A stretch of 64,000 nt of DNA. Origin: Octopus sinensis (taxonomy: Eukaryota). The first letter of the stretch is position 1, and every line of letters begins with the position of its first letter. Position numbers and translations under genes: made by a program. The notes under the pieces are model-generated. The model did not search any database. It had not been told where the DNA came from and saw only the letters and a program-made list of their open reading frames with translations. The DNA lies in NCBI RefSeq assembly GCF_006345805.1, contig NC_043000.1, forward strand, positions 114,390,001-114,454,000, read 5' to 3'. Of this stretch, positions 42,629-54,149 are shown in pieces.

Positions 42629-42897
42629 CTGGATGAAAAGAAAACAAGAAATAATATAGAATAGGAATTGGAAAAAAATTTAAGACTGTATTTATTCTGT
42701 ACAACAAAATTAACAATAACAATATATATGTATCATCATCATCATCATTTAGCGTCCGCTTTCCATGCTAGCATGGGTTGGACGGTTCAACTGGGGTCTG
42801 TGAAGCCAGAAGGCTGCATCAGGCTCAGTCTGATCTGGCAGTGTTTCTACGGCTGGATGCCCTTCCTAACGCCAATATATATGTATATATATATATG

Positions 42898-43044
42898 CAG
42901 AGTGGGCCAAAAGTCATGCACAAAAAGTACGTTCAATATGCTCTGGAATAGTGAAAGACATGCTTCAATTTTACTAAAATTGAAAAATGATAATATAAAT
43001 AAAACATCAAATGTTTTGGTGCATGACTTTTGGTCATGACACTG
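42898..43044. mobile_element. Small Tc1-like MITE
   Basis: CAGAGTGGGCCAAAAGTCATGCAC ... GTGCATGACTTTTGGTCATGACACTG. A similar TIR lies at ~10002-10018. Confidence 0.55.
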
Positions 43045-43867
43045 TCAGTGCTTGTGCCACTTAAAAAGCACTTAGTCCACTCATCTGAGTGTTTGGCGTT
43101 TGGAAGGGAAACCAGATGTAAAAATCCTGCCAAAATAGCCACAGAAGTCTGGTGCAGGCTTCTGCCTGGCCGGCTCTTGTCAAACCGTACCATACCTGCT
43201 AGCATGGAAGGTGGATGTTAAATGATGATGATGATGATGATGATATATATATATATAAATCGGTGAAATAATCTACTGAAAGTCACAAATTCAACTCATA
43301 AAGCCCACTACAACACTTTGGCTACAAATATATTAATCAAAAACGTAATATATTTTGCCTGAAGCCAAATACAGTAATAATTTTTTCTTTTCACTGAAAA
43401 CGCACATGGTGGAAAAAAATCCACTGAAGTTAACTTAAGAAACATCTCCTGGAAAATAACCCCGTAAACCAGAAAATATCCAGACCACATCGTTGGATTA
43501 AGTATCACTTTCATCTTCTATTTCATATTTTGTTTATTATCCTATTTTTATCCCATTTAACTGAAGCCCACATCTCCGTTAAAGTTTACGATCGCCATTT
43601 TTGTTTACATTTAAATAACTGTCTCGAAGGCAGAAATTGGCTTCAGAATTAAATAACCCTTTCTTCACACTTTAAAATATATATATATTTTAATATATTT
43701 TCACTCATTTTCTTTCTTTTTCCACCTTCCTTCTCTCCCCGTCTGTGTATATGTGTATGTGTGTGCACGTGTATGTATGTGTGTGTGCGTGTATGTATAT
43801 ATGTATGCGTATATATGCATGGACGTGAACTTTCACGAACTTTATATAGATAACTAATCTTTCCCCT

Positions 43868-44338
43868 CTTTCAGATACTCCATCTTCTAATTAGCCTTAA
43901 GATTAAATAACGTTTAATACTGTTTAATATTGTTTAACATTGTTAATAATTTTTCAGATACTCTATCTTCTAATTAGCCTTAAGAATAAACAACGTTTTT
44001 TACCCACACTCTAATATCTTTCTAATTAGCCTTTTTACCCACATTTTAAATATTTGTTAATATATTTTCAGATACTCTATCCTCTAATTAGCCTTAAGAT
44101 TAAATAACGTTTTTACCCACACTTTAATATTTTTTTTTGAATACTCTATCTTCTAATTAGCCTCAAGATTAAATAACGATTATTACCCACACTTTAATAT
44201 AATTGTAATATTGTTAACATATTTTCAGATACTCTATCTCCTAATTAGCCTAAGATTAAATAACGTTTTTACCCACAAACTTTAATATTGTTAATATTAA
44301 TAATACTCTATCCCATAATTAGCCTTAAGATTAAATAT
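43868..44338 (+). repeat. Tandem monomers (~60-90 bp; core ATACTCTATCTTCTAATTAGCCTTAAGATTAAATAACG) upstream of LINE ORF1
   Basis: About 7 diverged copies of the core, ending ~60 bp before the ORF1 ATG. Confidence 0.85.
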
Positions 44339-44396
44339 CTTCTTGTCTTCTCTCGAACATTATTAGATAGATAAACAAATAGACAGATCATCCAGC

Positions 44397-45134
44397 ATGT
44401 CCAGAGCATGGAGACCTGACGAACTGGATTTATTCGTACGAGCATGGAAGTGCGCCGGCGGAGATAGCCCTAGCGAGGTGATTGCGGCTGCGCTGAAGAG
44501 CAAAGGCTACAAGAGGACAGCGGCTCAGATGGAGCGAAAGAGACGGGAATTCGTGCGCTCATATGCGCTTATACGGTCGCACATTGGCGCACTTGATGCC
44601 ATCTTTGAGAACGAGCGGGGCAAAGATGACAAGAATGGAGACGATGAAAGAAGTCACCCCCACCTGGTGGATGCCCGGGAGGAGGTTTTGAATGAGAAAC
44701 CTGCCCGGGAAGTGAACCCAGGTACAAGTTCTCCAACCGGCAGCAAAGGCCATGGAGACGGAGAACCCGGTGAAGAGGTAGAGGGAGGAGGAAGAACTAA
44801 AAGAAGGGCTGGTAGAGCTAAAGGAAAAGCTCAAGCAGGACCAAAGGGTGAAAAAACCAGGAATAGAAGTGGAACCGCAAAAGATGGAAACAAACAGCAC
44901 ACACGGGTGTGTAGGTTCTACCTGAGAGGTTCCTGCTGGCATAGAAAGGAAGGTGCAGGCTGCCGCTTTGCACATCGGGGACCCTGCCACAGAGACACGA
45001 GGAAGATGGACAAACCATCAACACAAGGAAAAGGGATGGACCACGCACCACTTGCCCCAAAGCGGAGGTACGCAGATGTTGTGCGTGCCACAAACCACCA
45101 ACATGATGTTGTCGAAAGATTGTACAGCAGCTGA
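44397..45134 (+). CDS. LINE ORF1: Myb/SANT (trihelix)-like N-terminus plus CCCH zinc finger
   Basis: W..DE..LF...W...IA..L...GY.RT..Q...K pattern, and CRFYLRGSCWHRKEGAGCRFAH (C-x7-C-x8-C-x3-H). Intact 245 aa. Confidence 0.75.
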   Translation: MSRAWRPDELDLFVRAWKCAGGDSPSEVIAAALKSKGYKRTAAQMERKRREFVRSYALIRSHIGALDAIFENERGKDDKNGDDERSHPHLVDAREEVLNEKPAREVNPGTSSPTGSKGHGDGEPGEEVEGGGRTKRRAGRAKGKAQAGPKGEKTRNRSGTAKDGNKQHTRVCRFYLRGSCWHRKEGAGCRFAHRGPCHRDTRKMDKPSTQGKGMDHAPLAPKRRYADVVRATNHQHDVVERLYSS

Positions 45135-45213
45135 CCTGGCTTCATCAAACCCAAGCCCGCAGGTGGGACTACCCACTAAATACCAGACCACCACCACAGC
45201 AAACAGACCCAGG

Positions 45214-48188
45214 ATGGACACCACCGGCAACAACGTACACCTCACCTCGATGCTCCTACTGAACAGAGGACTGCAAACACTCAGTAACAGGACAAAAATC
45301 CCGTTCCTGAGAGATTTTGTTGCATGCAATCAAGCCTTATGCATAGCACTAACGGAAACGCACCTGAAACCGGATATAGCAGATGCGGAGTTACACATAC
45401 CACAGTATGCTGTACTACGGACCGACAGGAAAGAAAGGAGTCATGGAGGTGTTGCTATGTACATCCGTGAGGACCTCACACCCCAGGTCCTCTTGTCATA
45501 CTCAAACTCGGTGTGTGACACACTAATTTACATATTAGGCAACTTGATGTAGTTGTGTGTGCTACATATCGCCCTCCAGATGCCCCAAGCCATGTGGGCA
45601 AGTTTGAAGACTGCCTTATAAAAATAGAAAAAGTTCTAACCACATTAGAACAACACATAAGTGTACTTCTTATGGGAGACTTCAATCTGCCAAATGTCAG
45701 ATGGCCCGAGGGCCTTTCTCTCCCAGGAATGACAAGATGTGAACGAGGACAGGCGAGGTCCCTCCTGAACCTCATCAACACCCTGTACATGGAGCAGGTA
45801 ATACTCCAACCAACCAGGGCAGGTAACACACTGGATCTGCTTCACAAATGACATGGATCTCATCCATAATGTGAAAGTGACACCGACACTACTCTCGGAT
45901 CACAACATGATAGAGCTGACCATGTACGGGCCAAAAGAGAGCAGCCTACAAGAAACCCCCAGAATCTTTCCAGCTTGAACTACCATAAGGCAAACTGGAA
46001 ACAAATTGAGAAAGAGATCCTCAAACAAAACTGGCCTAAATGTCTCTCCTCGCCAGACATCGACGTGAAACTTCAACAATTCATGTCTGTAATGCAAGCC
46101 ATATGCTACAAATGTGTCCCAGAGAGAAAGGCCACTGTACACAAGAACAAAATCCCCAGAGAGAGGAAAATTCTAATGAGACGGCGTACAAAATTTTCAA
46201 ATCGCCTAAACAAACAGATTGAAAGCAGTGAAAAGTCCCCCTCTAAAAATAAATTGTTGGAAATCGAAAAATGTCTGCAACTCTCCCATGAAAAGGAAAG
46301 AGCAGACAAAGAAGCCTGGGCTATAGACAACATAAAATCTAACCCCAGAGCTTTCTACAGGTATGCCAAAGAAACAGCTACGGTGCACTGTAGAATAGGG
46401 CCACTCCTCGAAAAGGATGGCACACTTACAGGAAAACCAATGAGGGTAAGTGAAATACTGAATGAGCAATTCAAGAGTGTTTTCACTCCACCCCTTGGGC
46501 ATCTCCAAATCACCAATCCAACTGACTTTTTTACCACTGCAGATATAAATCGGAGGCGGCGACGATAGATTACATCGATATAAAGGAAGACGATGTAATC
46601 ATGGCTATAGATGAATGAAAACAGACTCAGCTACTGGCCCCGATGGATTCCCGGCAATCCTCCTAAAAGCATGTAAGAGAGTCCTAGCAAGACCACTGCA
46701 GTTCCTCTTTCAGAGCTTCCTTGCAGCTGGCAAACTTCCAAGAAAACTGAAGGAAGGTAAAATATGCCCCATTCATAAAGGAGGTAGCAGAGCGGAAGCC
46801 AAGAACTATAGACCTATCTCTCTGACCTCACACATCAGCAAGGTCATGGAACGAATAGTCAGAAGGAAGCTGATCACCTTCCTTGAAGAAAATGACTTGC
46901 TGCCCGACACCCAACATGGTTTCCGACCAAGGAGAAGCTGTTTAACTCAACTCCTACAACACTATGACTGGGTGCTGAAACGGCTGCTCAACCACTCAAA
47001 TGTGGAAGTGATATATCTCGACTTTGCAAAGGCCTTTGATAAAGTCGATCATGGAATGATATGCCACAAACTGCGTGATCTCAACATAGTTGGAAAACTG
47101 GGAGAATGGCTTCATGACTTTCTGAAAGATAGAAGTCAGGTGGTAGTGGCCAATGGGGCCACTTCCATTAACACGCAAATAGTGAGCGGTGTTCCGCAGG
47201 GCACTGTTCTGGGACCACTACTGTTCATAATGGCCCTCTCAGACATGCCCTCAGCCACGCAGAGAGCCACGATCACAAGTTATGCAGATGATACAAAAGT
47301 TTCACAGGCAATACAGAACCTGAGGACACTAAACACCTGCAATGTGAGCTAGACAAATATACAAGTGGGCCGAAAAGAATAGCATGCAGTTCAATGCTGA
47401 AAAGTTTCAAGCTCTATACTATCAGCATGCAAAACTAAATGCAATACCCAATGAATACACTGGACCCGAGGAATAGCAATCCCAGAGGCACAATCAGTGC
47501 GTGACCTAGGTATTTACATGAGTGATGACGCGACCTTTCGCGTACATGTTGCTAAATTGGCAATGAAATATAGACGACTGCCGGATGGATCCTCAGAACC
47601 TTTAGAACAAGAGAACAAGAAACCATGATGGTCCTCTGGAGGACACTTGTCCTAAGCCACTTTGACTACTGCTCTCAGTTATGGTCACCATCCAGTGTCA
47701 AGTTGATCACAGAGCTCGAGGCGATCCAACGCAGCTACACGAAGAAGATAGCCTCTATGCAGAATGTAAGCTACTGGGAAAGACTCAAGAGATTAAAATT
47801 ATATTCCCTGGAGCGTAGGCGGGAAAGATATGCCATAATATACATCTGGAAGATCCTGGAGGGAAGTGTCCTGAACTTTGGCATCGAGAGTTACGCAAAT
47901 GCCAGAACTGGGCGCCACTGCGTGGTGCCTAGGACTCCAAACTTGCCATTAAGATGTAGGACAAGATTCTGTGATAGCCTGGGCTTCCGAGGCCCACAGC
48001 TCTTCAATATCCTCCCGAAGAACCTAAGAGACCTGCATGGGGTGGATACAGATGTCTTTAAAATGAAGCTGGATCTCTTCCTGTCAGGTGTCCCAGATGA
48101 ACCAACTTCACGACAGGAGGGGCAGATGAGGGCAGCTGCATCGAACTCTCTCATGCACCAAATAGCAGTTGCTAGAAAGCCTTCATGA
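45214..48188 (+). pseudogene. LINE ORF2 (APE endonuclease + reverse transcriptase), broken by several frameshifts
   Basis: APE motifs LTETHL, GGVA, YRPP, GDFNLP, LDL, SDH. RT motifs GPDG, YRPISL, QHGF, YLDFAKAFDKV, GVPQGTVLGP, YADD (47281). C-terminal YWERLKRLKLYSLERRRER. Confidence 0.92.
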
Positions 48189-48787
48189 AGTGAAACCAAG
48201 TAGCAACACCAAATGGCGGTGCCCCAGCATGGCCACAGCTCATAAGCTGAAACTAGAATCAATCAATCAATCATATATATATATCATTATCGCTTAACGT
48301 TTGCCTTCTATGCTGGCATGAATATATATATATTAACAAACTAAGGAAAAAATTCCTTCAAAGGAGTATGTAAAACATTCAATTGACTGGTACATCGGTT
48401 GAACATCACATAAATAGGAGTACAATTCAAATTACAAGCAATAAATTAAATAGAGAGATATAATTGACAATCCAGAAATTTATTTATATTATAAAACAAC
48501 ATAATATAAGATAACATAAACAATTGTGAAAACATCAAAATGCCAACAATTTTCGTTTTTGGATTTGGTTTGCAAAGGTTCAAAACTAAACAAAAATTTC
48601 AGGAAAATAAAAATAAGAAATAAGAGGAAATTTTACCGGTGAGTGTGTTAAATTATAAGGTACAAAAAGTAAATGACTCTCCCCAGGCACAACAGAATAT
48701 GCCAACAATTTGTTTTCACTTATATACATTTTTTGATATATAAACAATTCCCTTATATATATAAGTCTCTTCATAGGCCGAGTTTAA

Positions 48788-49008
48788 CCCTTTGGCATTT
48801 AAATAGGCCATAGCCGGCCCAAAATATTCTACCTGTTTTACATTCAAACTGACTGGATCCAGCCTCCTACATTAATCCTACAATGCCATGCTAAAAATAA
48901 ACAATAACATCATCAAAATCTCAAAGCTACAAGATAATGCCTGAGTTATTTAAATCAACATCAATAAATAAGCATTACACTTGAGAAAATAATCTGAATA
49001 CTAAAGAG
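48788..49008. mobile_element. piggyBac-like MITE
   Basis: TTAA on both sides; imperfect TIRs CCCTTTGGCATT / AATACTAAAGAG. A related end lies at ~41500-41537. Confidence 0.6.
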
Positions 49009-49152
49009 TTAAAGATAGATTCATAGTATATTATGTTATAATATAAATCAATTATTGGATTGTCAAATGTATCTTTCTATTTAATTTCATCGTTATACAC
49101 ACACACAAGATATAGATGAAAAGTAGTAAATAAAAGAATCCATTAAACTAAC

Positions 49153-49357
49153 TTTGTGCTGAGAGAGAAGAAATAAGATTTGGTTGTTCAAGGTAAGGAC
49201 AAGGCGGTCTCTGCAAACAGCATGTACTGGAACTTCTTAAAGTACGAAGAAATGGTACGGTTAATTGAGAAAGAGAGGCTTCAGTTCGGAAGTCACTGGC
49301 TGGCGCTGAAGTGAGAACAAACACTTCAGTGGAGTTCATCTGGAGAGAATCAAAGAC
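49153..49357 (-). CDS. PSMG1: PSMG1 exon 4 (VFDSLQ...PFLRTLRSS...CPYLEQPNLISSLSAQ)
   Basis: Acceptor TTCTTTGCAG, donor A|GTTAGT. Contains the PAC1-like motifs PFLRxL and CPxLEQPN. Confidence 0.93.
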
Positions 49358-49511
49358 CTGCAAAGAATTTCAGAAACAAGAAGCAACAATGAAAAATAGA
49401 TTTTATGCAAGTTAAGTGGGTCAAAACCTATTTAGTCTTAGAAGTTAGCATTTGATGGGACGTGTTTATTTTGTTCTTTTGAAGGGCTGATTTCAGATCA
49501 CAGCAGATTTA

Positions 49512-50460
49512 TATAAAGGTAGGCTGAGAAGTTCATAATGAGTGATGTTAGAGGTGAGAAATCTTGTGTGCATTAATTCCAACTCTACTTATTAATAACC
49601 TAATTGTTTCTTCCCAGGTAAACTGACACCTGACTGTTCAAAGAAGACAGCAAAAGTAACTAGTAGTGACTTCTCTTGAAAATGGACAAAAAAATTTGGC
49701 ATTGTGGTGTTATGAAGTACCTGTAGGAAAAAGGGTTAGCCCCCAAGGACTTTCATGCTGGCATGGCTGCTACATTAAGGGCCGATGTCCCACCTTTATC
49801 AATGGTGAAAAATTGGACAGCTGAATCAAAAAATCAATGAAAATTGTCGTTGTGATACCAGTACCAGTGGCACGTAAAAAGCATCAACTGATCGTGGCCG
49901 TTGCCAGCCTGCCCTGGCACCTGAGCCGGTGGCACATAAAAAGCACCCACTACACTCACGGAGTGGTTGGCATTAGGAAGGGCATCCAGCTGTAGAAACT
50001 CTGCCAGATCAGACTGGAGCCTGGTGCAGCCTCCTGGCTTTCCAGACCCCGGTCGAACTGTCCAACCCATGCTAGCATGGAAAACAGACGTTAAACGATG
50101 ATGATGATGATGAATTTAGGAGGGGAAGGGAGAGTCTTGAAGATAACCCAGGGTCTGGACATCCTGCAACTGGCACCACTGATCATGTTCACCACATGGT
50201 GATGGATGAAAGCCAAAGCTATTGGCTCACCATGTAAGAGAGTTGAAAATGTTCTACACAGTGAACTTGGCATGATGGCTGCTGCTCGGTGGGTTCTGCG
50301 TCTTCAGACACGCGATCAAATATGCACCAGGTTAACACATTTGCTTTGGAACTACAAAGTCTTGGGTTTGATTGTACTTCATAGCATCTTGAAACAATGT
50401 CATTTTCTATAATCACAGATTAATCCAAATCATGTGAATGAAACTGGGGAAATGGAAACT
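49512..50460 (+). mobile_element. Decayed mariner transposon 5' half in PSMG1 intron 3, interrupted by an RTE-tail insert at ~49827-50110
   Basis: VMKYL*EKGLAPKDFH...MVKNWTAE|FRRGRESLEDNPGSGHP and AARWVLRL (WVPR-like). The insert is flanked by TGAAT. Confidence 0.75.
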
Positions 50461-51077
50461 GCATAGAAGCCCAGCAGATAGATTCTGTCTCTAAATTAAA
50501 AAAGTACAGTCTTGTCATACACACACTGTGTTATGTTGACATTGTCTGAGGATTACATTGTGGATACAAGTGTCTTACATATAGATGGAAACTGATCACC
50601 AATCAATCAACCAATCAAAATATATCATCATTATCATCATCGTTTAACGTCCGGCTTTCCATGCTGGCATGGGTTAGATGGTTTGACTGAGGACGGGTGA
50701 GCCAGCAGCTGCACCAGGCTCAATCAATATATACATATATATATATCACCGTCACCGTGACCAACCAGGCCATCAGATGTTGCTACACATCGCTGGTCAC
50801 AATGCGCTTCACATTGTTTTCGCCTTCAAATGACGTCACCCCGCTGGCTAAGCGAGCAGGCCAACTGAAGAAAGAGTGAGAGAAAGTTGTGGCAAAAGAG
50901 TACAGCAGGGATCACCACCAACCCCTGCTGGAGCCTCGTGGAGCTTTTTAGGTGTTTTCTCTCAATAAACACTCACAACGCCCGGTCTGGGAATCGAAAC
51001 TGCGATCCTACGACCGTGAGTCTGCTGCCCTAACCCCTGGGCCATTGCATCTCCATATATATATATATATACACATG

Positions 51078-51132
<55 letters not shown>

Positions 51133-51472
51133 CTATGGTGAGTTTCTGACCAGTTCCAGTCTATAAATTTCATGCACAAATAATCGGTGAACCTGATACT
51201 ATGGTACGAGACACTTGATCAAGCTGCCTTGAAATGGAATCACCCATGGAACATTGTGGTGATGAAACCAACTTCTAAACTAAACCATTATGGGCTGTAC
51301 CCAAGCACATTTCTGGTGGTGTTTTGTCATCTGTTTTGTAAGGTCCAGCAACTTGGAGAACATGAAAAATAATTTTAAGTTGAGAGAGAGAGAGAGAGTG
51401 GGGGGGGGGGAGAAAGTGATAAAAGAAAGAAGGAAGGGATATGAGAAGACAAGACGGAATTGAACTGTCTAC

Positions 51473-51657
51473 CTTGTGCACCCAGCAGAATGATTGCTCT
51501 GGTGATATTTCCTTTGTGCACTGAATAAACACAGCATCTTTCCCACAGAGATACACTTCAGCATTATGATCAAGTGTTGAATCATCAGTGGTCAAAGAGG
51601 TGGACAGCCATCCAGCAGGTTTGGGGCTTTCCTTTAACAAATACGCCTGGCAAAAAC
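51473..51657 (-). CDS. PSMG1: PSMG1 exon 3 (FCQAYLLKESP...VFIQCTKEISPEQSFCWVHK)
   Basis: Acceptor ATTTTTGTAG, donor AAG|GTAGAC, 185 nt open in the expected phase. QC..EQSFCWVHK resembles QCSCYVAEDQQYQWLEK. Confidence 0.9.
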
Positions 51658-52740
51658 CTACAAAAATATGAAGAAATGATAAATAGTAATGGGCGCAAGA
51701 CTATACATTTTGAGGTGTGTGTGTATGCGGGGTGGGGGTGGGCATATCGATTACCTATATATTGATCCTAGTAATTGAATGGTACTCAATTTACTGAACG
51801 TCTGCTCTCCATGCTGGCATGGGTTGGACAGGTTTGACTGAGGACTGGCAAACCAGGAGGCCACACAAGGCTACAATCTGTTCTGGCAAAGATTCTACAG
51901 CTGGATGCCCTTCCTAATGCCAACCACCCCAGCATCAACTACACTTGAATGGTGCTTTTTACGTTCCACCAGTGCTGGCATTGGCCACACTCAAATGGTG
52001 CTTTTTACATGCCAGCCAGGCGGCACTATTGGACTGGCATGTAAAAAAGCAGCCTGTCAGTATTTTCCAGGTGGTGCCAACTTGTAATAGTTGAAGAACA
52101 ACATTGGTTGCTCCAATCTCACTTGGAAAACCTGTGGAAGCCCCCAGGATAAAATTTGTATTTCCATACCAAAACAATCATTTTTCGGTTGTTTTATGCT
52201 GTCATGGTTAAACAAGCAGTAACAATCTGAGTCAGTTCTTATTTGGAGTTGTTTGGTTTGTAAACACAACATTTGGCACCATTTCTATGGATGGATGCCA
52301 TTCATATGGCCAACTTCTTTACAGAGCGTATTACTCTTTACTCTTTTACTTGTCTCAGTCATTTGACTGTGGCCATGCTGAAGCACCGCCTTTAGTCGAG
52401 CAAATTGATTCCAGGACTTATTTTTTGTAAGCCTAGTACTTATTCTATCGGTCTCTAATGCCGAACCACAAAGTTACGGGGACGTAAACACACCACCATT
52501 GGTTGTCAAGCGATGTTGGGGGGACAAACATAGACACACAAACATGTACATACACATACATATTTACGAAGGGGTTCTTTCAGTTTCCGCCTACCAAATC
52601 CACTCACAAGGCTTTGGTTGGCCCGAGGCTATAGTAGAAGACACTTGCCCAAGGTGCCATGCAGTGGGAATGAACCCGGAACCATGTGGTTGGTAAGCAA
52701 GCTACTTATCACACAGCCACTCCCGCGCCTATTGTGTGAC

Positions 52741-52858
52741 GCTTACAGCACCTAGGTTTCCCAAGTGGTCACCCATCTAAATACTAAGTAGGCTCGACAT
52801 TGCTTAACTCCGGTGATCAGACGAGAACCGGTGCTTTCAACGTGATATGGCCGTAAGC
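52741..52858 (-). rRNA. Solitary diverged 5S rRNA copy (probable pseudogene or SINE head)
   Basis: 118 nt GCTTACGGCCATATCACGTTGAAAGCACCGGTTCTCGTCTGATC...AGTTAAGC...GGTGCTGTAAGC with paired termini. No oligo-T terminator follows. Confidence 0.9.
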
Positions 52859-53015
52859 CATATTAACGTGTATTTTATCAAATCACCAGCACTGGCAAAG
52901 TTGTCGTGTCCTCGGTAAGACTAACAAGGCCCTCTCTACCTAATGTTGCCCCCATTCACTCACCAACCTCTTTACAGAATGAACTGGGTTTAAAATGACC
53001 ACAAGATTACTCTAC

Positions 53016-53116
53016 CTGATGCCACTTGACCAACAGAAATTATCAACAAAGAACATGGTAACTTGTTATCTTGGAGTTTTCGCTCTGCTGCTTCACACCA
53101 CTGGACACTTGTTTTC
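53016..53116 (-). CDS. PSMG1: PSMG1 exon 2 (W-KTSVQWCEAAERKLQDNKLPCSLLIISVGQVAS-G)
   Basis: Acceptor CTTTTGTAG, donor G|GTAGAG, 101 nt keeps frame. PCSLLIISVG resembles PSMG1 PCSKFIIAIG. Confidence 0.9.
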
Positions 53117-53482
53117 CTACAAAAGAGAAGAGACATTGTGTGTGTTAGTGTGTGTGTGTCCCTGATGTCGACTTTGCCTTTCATCCTTTCGGGGTCGATT
53201 AAATAAGTACCAGTTATGCACTGGGGTCAATGTAATCGACTTAACCCACTTTGTCTGTCCTTGGTTGTCCCCTCTGTGTTTAGCTCCCTGTGGGCAATAA
53301 AGAAATATATATATATATGGTAGAAGAGTTCAGCAAAAATTTAGATTCAGATAAATATGGTACTTAAGTTGAGGCACCAGAATTTAGTATGGTATTATCC
53401 ATAAAATTTCAAAATAAGCAACAAGGATATCCAGAAGTAACCTTGTAGAGCACGATGATGATGATGATGATGATGATATATA

Positions 53483-53688
53483 TACCAGAGTAAACATATA
53501 AATATGAAACAAGGTGGATAAAATAGTACTCGAATACAGGAGGTAGAGTAATATGCTTTATCAATAAAGCTGCAAAGACATCACAAAAACTGTTACTCAG
53601 AGTTTCACGTTCCCATTTGTTGGAGAATGGGAATGTGAAACTCTGAGTAACAGACTTTGTGATGTCTTTGCAACTTCATTAATAAAGT
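53483..53688. mobile_element. Second Penelope-like inverted remnant (PSMG1 intron 1)
   Basis: Reverse-orientation homolog of 18209-18447; hairpin at ~53555-53688. Confidence 0.65.
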
Positions 53689-53854
53689 AGTGGCTGTATA
53701 AATTCCCTCACCTGAAAAACAGAGGAGGGTTGCAAGAACGTCTAAATGTAAAATCTGTCACCAAAATCAAAACTTTTGTGTAAGCTTAAAGAAATGAATT
53801 AATAACTGGTTCACTTTTTATCGATGCCCAGAAAAATCTTTTCTACTATAAGCA

Positions 53855-54149
53855 GGTACTACTTGAGAACAGTGGTCCCAGTGCGCGCACTCGCGCCAGC
53901 TAGTCATGACTAGTCGATCCTTTGTGTCTTTGTGTTATTTTGTTTAAAAAAATGATTTACTTTGTGTTTTTGCGTTTTATTTACTTTGTTTTACAAAAAT
54001 CATTTACTTAGTGTAAAAAAAAAAAATTTATTTTGTGTTTTATTTACTTTGCTAGGTAGTCGTTGTGGGATCGACTAGTCACGACTAGCTAGCGCGGATG
54101 CGCGACTAACCGAGTGCGCGCACCGGGACCACTGTTCTCGAGTAGTACC
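53855..54149. mobile_element. MITE with GG-terminal TIRs and 9-bp TSD (Merlin- or Mutator-like)
   Basis: TIR GGTACTACTYGAGAACAGTGGTCCCRGTGCGCGCAC; TSD CTATAAGCA/CTATAGGCA; inserted into a SINE end. Confidence 0.85.

Larger units (their letters stand above)
43257..48272 (+). mobile_element. Apparently full-length CR1-group non-LTR retrotransposon (LINE) in PSMG1 intron 4, antisense to the gene
   Basis: ORF1, then APE + RT ORF2, then an (AATC)4 tail. Flanked on both sides by (AT)6-7, a possible TSD. The 5' boundary is inferred. Confidence 0.9.

Noticed and set aside
43868-44338. Repeat-spacer pattern next to a reverse transcriptase (CRISPR- or retron-like)
   Set aside because: The intervening sequences are related to one another rather than unique spacers, and the RT is an APE-type LINE ORF2.
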